This document shows, piece by piece, positions 56,504 through 64,000 of a DNA stretch of 64,000 nt (positions within the stretch are counted from its first letter, which is position 1; the number at the start of each line of letters is the position of its first letter). Location: the NCBI GenBank assembly GCA_963695855.1, contig CAVOHZ010000008.1, positions 480,001 to 544,000 on the forward strand, in the 5' to 3' direction. The notes under the pieces are model-generated. The model made no database searches. It saw nothing but the letters and a program-made list of their open reading frames with translations, and was not told the origin of the DNA. The translations under genes were made by a program, and so were the position numbers. This DNA is from an uncultured Nitrososphaerales archaeon. GTDB taxonomy: Archaea; Thermoproteota; Nitrososphaeria; Nitrososphaerales; Nitrososphaeraceae.

Positions 56504-56520
56504 TAATTTTTGAATCTATT

Positions 56521-56940
56521 CGCTCTTATTCCTAAATGTTTCATCTACTTCCAACAAATAATCTCCGTAATTCTTTCTTTTTCTCTCTTTGTTTTCTTGG
56601 TATGAATAAACTGGAATGCCTTTGAAATAGTTGTAAATTGTATTTGCTTATTACGCTGTATTCTCTTATCCAGATTTGATACAAATTACTTGACCATTTA
56701 CAGTTATTTACACGAATGGTGCCGTTTACATACTCTTTCCTTTTATGAATGAGTTACGCATCTTTATATGAAATCATGTCCCTCAAGCTCATACTATTCT
56801 GCCTATTCGTGGTCAAAAACAGTAAAACATATTTTAGGTTATGACAGATAATATCAAAAAATCGCTGTCACGCTGGAACACCAAATTGTCTGAGTACTTT
56901 GGGTCTTATGCATACATGTAATCATTGTTGGATGATCCGT
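56521..56940 (-). mobile_element. IS1595-family remnant (one end plus decayed 3' transposase)
   Basis: cgctcttattcctaaatgtttcatctact resembles the 1152 end. PTMITCMH resembles PMITCIHQ of copies 1 and 2. Confidence 0.7.
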
Positions 56941-57108
56941 GAAAAATATCGCTCTAACTCTCACGGGTTTTATTTCTTATTCCTAGATTTTTTTTTCTGA
57001 TTTTTGTCAGTATAATATCTATTACTATCCAAAATGTATTACCTGATAGTAAAATAAAGTTAGTATATTTATGCTAATTATTATAATTTTATAAAATTCA
57101 TAAAGTTA

Positions 57109-57729
57109 CTAAGTTTTATTCAATTTAGTAATTTTAATAGAGTCCAGTATTTTTTCTGCTATGGGTAAAGAAGGAATATATGAATTTGCCTCAAAATTAT
57201 ACTTATATATTAATACAAGATCATTTGTCTTATCGATTGCGTACAAGTTTAACATACCTGTAGTATTCCCCAATGAATGTGAATGTCTAGACAAAATTCC
57301 TGATGCTTGATGTCCGTCTATCAAATATTTGTCGGAATGTTTTTCTACGAGTTGAAAAGTTGGATCGTTCTTTTGCATTTCAACCTCCAAGTGATCTATC
57401 AAGGCATCAGCATAAGAAGAATAAGACTTGAATAATGGAAAACCATACTTGCCATTAATATCATCAAGCGGTATAACGTTAAACGATATTCGTACATTTT
57501 CAGAAACATTTAGGTGCGATATCAAGACTTCATTATAGAAAGGAGGGTTTTTATTTTCCAACTTTTCAATTTTCCAGTCAGTTTCATTAGGAAATTCTAA
57601 GGTAAATAGACCATCAGGATCGTTATAATCAAGCCATTTGATACTTTCAAGATCTATGAAATGAATTGGGACTAAAGGAGACAAAAAAAATAATGGGAAA
57701 AATAAAGATACTAATTGTATTTTTACCAT
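57109..57729 (-). CDS. Secreted PsbP/Mog1-like protein
   Basis: Signal peptide, WLDYNDPDGLFTLEFP, IDGHQA, AEKILDSIKI. Confidence 0.65.
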   Translation of the reverse strand: MVKIQLVSLFFPLFFLSPLVPIHFIDLESIKWLDYNDPDGLFTLEFPNETDWKIEKLENKNPPFYNEVLISHLNVSENVRISFNVIPLDDINGKYGFPLFKSYSSYADALIDHLEVEMQKNDPTFQLVEKHSDKYLIDGHQASGILSRHSHSLGNTTGMLNLYAIDKTNDLVLIYKYNFEANSYIPSLPIAEKILDSIKITKLNKT

Positions 57730-57886
57730 TTAAAATATTATTATTACTTCTCAATTTATCTGTATTTTTAAATATTATTGGTACTGATAGATATTGGTAT
57801 TGAGGCTACACTGTAGGTCAAAGATAGAATATTCATAGCTAAATGTATTTATTTAAATTTATACACGCGAAGATTAATCTATTGAA

Positions 57887-57907
57887 GTACATTCATCGAA
57901 TGTACCA
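57887..57907. promoter_or_regulatory. Palindromic version of the island motif
   Basis: gtacattc-atc-gaatgtac. Plus-strand ttcatcgaatgtacca is 14/16 to the 50355 copy. Confidence 0.6.
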
Positions 57908-58672
57908 CAACGTTATTAACACTTATCCCTGTCTATTAATTGAATACCTTTAACAAGGTTTCGAGTAGTTTCAATTCAGGTGACCGGTTTTGGTCACCTG
58001 TATCTTCATTTTGTTTGTTAAAACACACATATTGAGATAAACTTGAATTGGAATTTATCTGAAATCCTATTCTTATTTGTTGGTTATATACACTAATAAA
58101 AAATTTATCCAATTCTACAAATGACAGACCATGTTTCATGTTCTTTTTCTTGGCAGGAAAATTATCATCAAAACTACATTTGGATCAGATTCTTTAAGAT
58201 AGGTAATATATTGTGTCTTTTGGATTCAGAAGGTATACTATTGGCGTAACAATACAAATTCGAGATTGTAAATAAATATCTTCAATATTTGAGGTCAAGT
58301 TCAGATAACATTCTCTCTTACAGGCATATTTCTTCTTAAATATTTATTTATACCAAGAATGGATTTATGAGCGAGATCTACAGCAATCAATAACCATCAA
58401 AATGATCTCCAATCTGAACCTCACTTGCATGGTTAATTAACAGAATGGATGTAAGGTTCTCCCCAGTTTTTCTATTTGTGATCTATTTGGTTTCCTTTTT
58501 TGAGAATATCTATATAAAAAGTGTTTTTTCAGAAAAATCTTAATTATATATAGAGTCAATACCGGAAAAAAAGGTTGATTAGTAAAAAACTTAACCCATT
58601 CAGTAGAAAATCACAATCATGGATAAAACTGTTTGGTTGACTCTAGATAGTAGATAGTAAATTCATGAAAAA

Positions 58673-59212
58673 TTAAAATTCTTCCATCATCTCAACATAA
58701 TCTTCTACAATGTCCGAATTGAAACTGTAATTGTATTTTTGTAAAGTATCCAGTAAAAAAGATTTATCAATCGAGAGTTCATAAATATTGTAATCTTTTT
58801 GTCTTCGTATCCTTATCATATTAGATTCTTTTAGTCTCATCAAATGCCATGAGACGGTTGAGGGAACCTTATTAGTGTAATCTACTATTTCATTGAAGCT
58901 ACACTGATCATGATCCGATATAAATAGCAGCACGCTTCTTGTACTTTTCTGTCTCAATATTGCTAAAATTTTGGACTCCTCATCAGATATGTCAATAGAA
59001 TAATATCTAGTTACTCTATTGTTAATTCTGTCAATTTTAACTTTGCCAGAATGATCCAATTTATTTAAATGATAAGTTAGAACACCGTTAGAAAGTCCAG
59101 TCAGTCTCATTAATTCCCTATATCTGACGCCTGGAAATTTAATAATATAATGAAATATCTTATGTTGAACTGAATTTTTTTCTTTCTTTGTTAGAGTAGA
59201 TTCTATAATCAT
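58673..59212 (-). CDS. Tandem winged-helix (ArsR-like) transcription factor
   Basis: PGVRYRELMRLTGLSNGVLTYHL and FNEIV...PSTVSWHLMRL. Confidence 0.88.
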   Translation of the reverse strand: MIIESTLTKKEKNSVQHKIFHYIIKFPGVRYRELMRLTGLSNGVLTYHLNKLDHSGKVKIDRINNRVTRYYSIDISDEESKILAILRQKSTRSVLLFISDHDQCSFNEIVDYTNKVPSTVSWHLMRLKESNMIRIRRQKDYNIYELSIDKSFLLDTLQKYNYSFNSDIVEDYVEMMEEF

Positions 59213-59619
59213 TTATTAGCACCTTTCATAAAACTTACCCCAAAAAAGATGACCATAATCAAGAGGATAACGTGAGAAAGCTCTATATTAACAGTCGGTA
59301 TAAACATTCCATAAATATTTTCAGTGGAACTCAGTAGGTACAAATATTCAACTGCTACTAGAGTTACAAATCCCAGAGTCATAAATAAGATCTTGATACT
59401 TTTGGTTCTAGCATATGCGAGGATAGAAACTATAGCGAGAAATTGTGATATTATCAATGATGCCAAGTGCATAGTGATGTGGTAGATCATATGTGTGTGG
59501 TAGAGGTGTGGTAAGATAGCTGGGACAGTTAAAATTGACAATACAACACTTGCGATCAATGCAAGTAGTTTAGGCTTATTATAAAATTTATCTGGATCAT
59601 TAAAATTCCTTAGCAACAT
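59209..59619 (-). CDS. Four-TM His-rich membrane protein, translationally coupled to the regulator
   Basis: PHLYHTHMIYHITMH segment, ELSH. Overlaps the 59212 start by 4 nt. Confidence 0.8.
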   Translation of the reverse strand: MLLRNFNDPDKFYNKPKLLALIASVVLSILTVPAILPHLYHTHMIYHITMHLASLIISQFLAIVSILAYARTKSIKILFMTLGFVTLVAVEYLYLLSSTENIYGMFIPTVNIELSHVILLIMVIFFGVSFMKGANK

Positions 59620-59803
59620 TATAAATAATCATCAAGAATTTAAATATATTATGGTACAAACTTGAAAAGAGTAGATTGTATTTATCTATCTAATAAAATG
59701 TGTCAAGATCTTACTATAAGAAAAGGTAAAGGTAAATTTAACGATATTAATCTTCGAATGTTTTAGTATAAAGTTTAAAAGCATTAATTGTCAAGAAGAT
59801 TTA

Positions 59804-60379
59804 ATGGGAAAATATTTCACAAATAATATTTTAATATTTGTCATGGTAGCATTTGCGATAGGACTTTTAAATACAGTACCTATCTTTGCACAAGGAGGCA
59901 ATGGTACTATGACCAACACAACTACTACTACGGAAGAGCATGGTGAAGAGTACACTGAAGGAATTTCAGTCAGGGATACCGTTACTGTTTTGCTGCAGGA
60001 CCTAACATTACCAGCTCAAGATTTTATCCATCTCTATGATAGTACGCCTGATACGATATTAAAAGGTCATGTTGCAGTTAAAATACCATGTGAAGACAAC
60101 TCTGTTTCTCCAATTCAAGTCTTGATAGGATCTGCACCACAATTTGCTCCAGCTGAATTAGAAAATATAGCAAATCTATCTAAACCGGGAGATTTATGTT
60201 TATATCATGTTGATTTGATGCCCGGTGGAAATGTTTCTAAGATAACAGATATTGCCTTGAAGAATCCAACTGACGAGGACATAGAATTTCCACCTACATC
60301 AACAGTCGTAATCGGCGTTAATGAAATAGCCAAGGGAGAACATGAATCTGATGAAGCTACAGAAGCAGGACATACCTAG
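59804..60379 (+). CDS. Secreted His/Cys-containing protein (paralog of 49480-50139)
   Basis: Signal peptide, HLYDSTP, KGH, PC, CLYH, ITDI. Confidence 0.82.
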   Translation: MGKYFTNNILIFVMVAFAIGLLNTVPIFAQGGNGTMTNTTTTTEEHGEEYTEGISVRDTVTVLLQDLTLPAQDFIHLYDSTPDTILKGHVAVKIPCEDNSVSPIQVLIGSAPQFAPAELENIANLSKPGDLCLYHVDLMPGGNVSKITDIALKNPTDEDIEFPPTSTVVIGVNEIAKGEHESDEATEAGHT

Positions 60380-60645
60380 CCTATAAAAGACACATAACAC
60401 AATAAAAATCTAAGTTGAAGACATCTATTTTCTTTTTTTGAATTTGAAAAAGTGAACTAATATCAATATAACCAATAAATACCAAAGATGGAATAGACCT
60501 AAGAATTTGTAACAATAAAACAATTCATTTCCAGAGATTGGATTGATTTGATTTTTGCATCGCCAATATTAGAACTATAATAAGGAGAAAGTTGTTTGAG
60601 ACAACTGATACCTTGGAAGATCATATAGATGATTATGTTAACTTA

Positions 60646-61577
60646 GAACCTATCCCAAAATTATCCTCCTGTAGATAATAATGCTACTTGCCAATTTTAC
60701 AAGACCCAGATAGTTCTCCTCTTCCTTCTTTTCATATCTTGTAAATAACTTCCTGAATCTATTATGCCATGAATTTGTTCTCTCTACAACCCATCTTCTT
60801 ACTGCTGGATGTTTTCTATGAAATACCCTTTCTTCTCCTCTTCTGTGTCGCATATGTGGAATAGAATATATCCTCTCTCTCTTGATGATTTCTTGTTCTA
60901 TTTCTTTGGAATGATATGCTTTATCAACGCACAGGTTCTGTTTCTGTTTATTGCTTTGGTTTGGATGATGATGATCTTTTGATAACCATGCTGTCAACTG
61001 TTTCAATTGCAACAGTGACATCATTGTGAGTATTTGCAGATGTTATAATAGCAGATAGTGGAATACCATCTTTCTTTATCTGTAAAAATGTGTCTTTTAC
61101 TACCTAATTTACTTCTATTAGCAGTGGGATTATGACCAGCAGTCATCGCCCCCCTAAAGGTGATTTTACTGATATCCTATCAAGAAGTGATTGCCATGAC
61201 CATTTGATTCCTCTTTTTTTATGATCGTATATTTTTAACAAATCTGGTCCATAGTTAGTCTATCAAAAATACCAGACTGCCTCCGTTCATGAAATCTTCT
61301 ATGGCATGTTGAACCAGAACCATATTCTCCTGGTAACATTTTCCACTGAGATTCAGTGCTCAGGATAAACATTATACCATCAAATACTTTTCTGTATGGA
61401 ACAATTGGACGACCTATAGTGTTCTCCGGTTTCTCATCTGGTAAAATATCTTCAATTTCATTCCAAAGATCATCTGGAATGCGTATGATTGTTCGAACAT
61501 ACTTTTTATTCTTAAGCATTATCAGATATGATAAGAAACCAATGAGCTATATTCCTATCTATTTTTGGGATAGACTC
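60646..61577 (-). mobile_element. IS5-family element (two-ORF type), degenerate
   Basis: TIRs gaacctatcccaaaa / gagtctatcccaaaa with TSD TTA. Fragments IPDDLW...QWKMLP..YGSGSTCHRRF and VDKAY...RWVVERTNSW. Confidence 0.88.
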
Positions 61578-62036
61578 TTAATTACATATTGATATTGAGG
61601 GTCATAGTTTTGTGTCACATATGTATTAATTACAAAAGTAGATTTCTTTTGAAAATATACTTAATTTAATAGGGTTCATCTCGGCTTGGTGCTATTTATT
61701 AAATAGCTTCAATATTTTTCAAATAATATTAATAAATATGTTACTAATTCTATTGTGTAATAAGGAATAAATGGGGCAGGCAAAAGTTACAAGGATTCAG
61801 TACTCTTTATAACTAAATTGTGTGGGATTTGAACTCTAAAAGGAATTAATTACTTTTATAACATCCAAAAGAAGATATTTTAGTAAATCCTATGATAAAG
61901 AAGTCTTAAAAAATGTACATTCCATCAATTATCTCTGTTGTCAATAGATAATTATTTCAAATTAAATTTATAAACATGTTAAATAAATTTATAATATTTT
62001 TCATCTCTGTATGATCAAAATATTTATTAATATTAT

Positions 62037-62564
62037 ATGGAAATCGGATTTATGAAATTAAGTTTTACAATCATAACAATTTTTACTATGGCCATTTTAC
62101 TAAATACTGTTATTCCATCATCATTGTCAGATGCTCAGAATTTTACTAATATAGATAACAAATTAACTATGAAAGAGATAGAATGTCAGAGCAAAGAACA
62201 TTTTGACTTTCACATACATACAAAACTTACTATAATGATTGATAATCAACTTTATCCTATACCTGCTAATATAGGAATTATTCCAGAAAAATGTATTTAT
62301 TGGATACATACACATGATAATAGCGGGTTAATACATATAGAATCTCCTATCGAAAGAAACTTTACTTTGGGACAATTCTTACAGATATGGAAGTTATTTG
62401 ATAAATCAGATATTGTTCATGATATTGCTGATAATAAAATTAATGGAATTATTAGGATATATTTTAACTATAATCATAGTAATACTTCAGTTGTAAATGA
62501 TTATAGAAATTTAGTTTTAAAAGATCAGGATAAAATTTTAATGAATATAACTACTACTTACTAA
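62037..62564 (+). CDS. Secreted His-rich putative metal-binding protein
   Basis: Signal/TM, HFDFHIH, CIYWIHTHD, IHIES, FTLGQF. Confidence 0.8.
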   Translation: MEIGFMKLSFTIITIFTMAILLNTVIPSSLSDAQNFTNIDNKLTMKEIECQSKEHFDFHIHTKLTIMIDNQLYPIPANIGIIPEKCIYWIHTHDNSGLIHIESPIERNFTLGQFLQIWKLFDKSDIVHDIADNKINGIIRIYFNYNHSNTSVVNDYRNLVLKDQDKILMNITTTY

Positions 62565-62910
62565 TTTAGGAAAGATCATCAATATTTTTGAAATTTAAAT
62601 ATGTTAAAAGCTTATTCTTTATAATGGTTAAATTGGTGTGAAAAAGAAATTAAGTTTAACAACATTTTTGTATTCTTCTCAGTATGATGTGAAACAAATT
62701 TGATCTAGAGAGAGGATTTAGCAACTCATGCAAGTAAATTTATTTGAATATCTCTAAATTTTTTATGGAAATACTATTTTTAGAAAAAATTTACTTCTGT
62801 TTTAAAAAATTTCTTAGATGTTATTGATATAAGTTTTTAGTATTGATTGTATTGCAGTATCTTTTTTTCCTTCTTATGATCTACAAAAAATTGATAAAAA
62901 GTTATTTTAA

Positions 62911-63371
62911 TTATTTTACAGTAAATTCAAATTTAACATATTCTGGATTTATAGGAATAAAGTTTATTCCAAGCACAGGTATATTGATTGAATATTATCC
63001 TGGTGAGGAAAAGGTAAATGGATAGTAACAGAACCTTCAGCTGTATGAAGAAGTGGTTGGCTAATTTGTTTTGCAGCAGAAAATATTTCTTCTCCATTAT
63101 TTAATATTTGAAAATCATAATCAACATGAACTTGAATATTATCTGTACCTGGTTCAAGATAATTAATCTTAAATTTAACTTCATTGATATCAATAGCTTG
63201 AGAAGGAGAAATATTCACATCTAAGGATCCACCATTAGTAGATTGAAACGATTTCGGATCTGTAATTGCAAAAGAATCTACAAAAGATGTACCTCCTATG
63301 AAGGTAATTGTTAAAAATAATTCCAATATTACAAAACATTTTGAATATTTTTGTGTCATAGTATAGTACAA
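62911..63371 (-). pseudogene. Secreted protein pseudogene (frameshift plus stop near the 3' end)
   Basis: QVHVDYDF...LHTAEGSVTI continues in another frame as PFTFSSPG*YSINIPVLGINFIPINPE. Confidence 0.6.
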
Positions 63372-63685
63372 TAGAATATATATGTATTTATTTATCTTGC
63401 TATTAATAAAAATAATAAGATAATCGTTGATACATTGATATCCATCAAATTGATACCTAAAATTATCTTCTTAGTTTAAAATTTACAAATTTTAATCCTG
63501 AATAGGTGAGAGGTCTCAAGCGATAAACTTAATTTTCCATATTTGAAAATATTAATGTTTCTAACATATAGAATTATAAACTTATCAAGCTATATCACAT
63601 CTTCACAATCATCTAATTATTTTTAAAGATGGCATTAGATTTAGTTATATTTCTATCTGTCTATTCTAATATTAGCATTTGCTAT

Positions 63686-64000
63686 TTAACTACATGCATA
63701 ATTTGCTCTAAAGTGAACATTTCCGCTATCACTTATGTAAATATTACCATTTGGATCAATTGTTATATCATGAGGTATCAGAAATTGATCATCCTTACAT
63801 CCAAGCGAGCCCCACATTGTTATAAAATTACCATTACTGTCAAATTTCTGTATCCTTACATTTCTTGTATCAACGACGTAAACCTTTCCCTGTTTATCCA
63901 CTGCAATACCATGATCTTCAATAAATTGCCCTTTGTCACTCCCTCTAGAACCCCACATTGTTATAAAATTACCATTACTATCAAATTTTTCTACTCTTGA
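63686..64000 (-). CDS. NHL-repeat beta-propeller protein, 5' end outside the window
   Basis: Repeats of QKFDSNGNFITMWGS.G...QF...H.I.VD..G.VYV.D. Confidence 0.88.
   Translation of the reverse strand, partial: SRVEKFDSNGNFITMWGSRGSDKGQFIEDHGIAVDKQGKVYVVDTRNVRIQKFDSNGNFITMWGSLGCKDDQFLIPHDITIDPNGNIYISDSGNVHFRANYACS

Noticed and set aside
57977-58000. Hairpin caggtgacc-ggtttt-ggtcacctg
   Set aside because: Single 9-bp stem in a decayed region, with no second copy or functional context.

Overview
AT-rich archaeal chromosome window. Gene families and IS content fit an ammonia-oxidising Nitrososphaerota, most like Nitrosocosmicus (inference). It holds nitrogen-assimilation genes (gdhA, a frameshifted nadE, glnA with a split glutamate-synthase cluster, asnB, pdaD), housekeeping genes (tatA, dnaG, ribK, ribL, a tRNA thiolase, SRP RNA, dph2, folP, guaB, LSm) and many mostly decayed IS elements (IS1595 x3, IS630, IS6, IS110, IS481, IS5 and an intact DDE element with an 8-bp TSD). 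From about 49.4 kb there is an island of secreted His-rich, probably copper-handling genes. Top findings: (1) an IS110 element (9090-10529) sits exactly inside the 14-bp terminal inverted repeat of an IS6. Its non-coding end folds like a bridge RNA whose two target guides and one donor guide match the junctions exactly, with matching handshake dinucleotides. This looks like an archaeal RNA-guided recombinase programmed against another transposon's end. (2) A 16-bp motif (TTCGAnnnnTGTACCA-like) lies 32-36 nt before five start codons in the island, defining a candidate copper regulon with its own His-rich membrane protein plus tandem-wHTH regulator. (3) A glnA-linked split GOGAT has a degenerate second FMN barrel and no GXGXG subunit. 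All calls were made by eye, without database searches.
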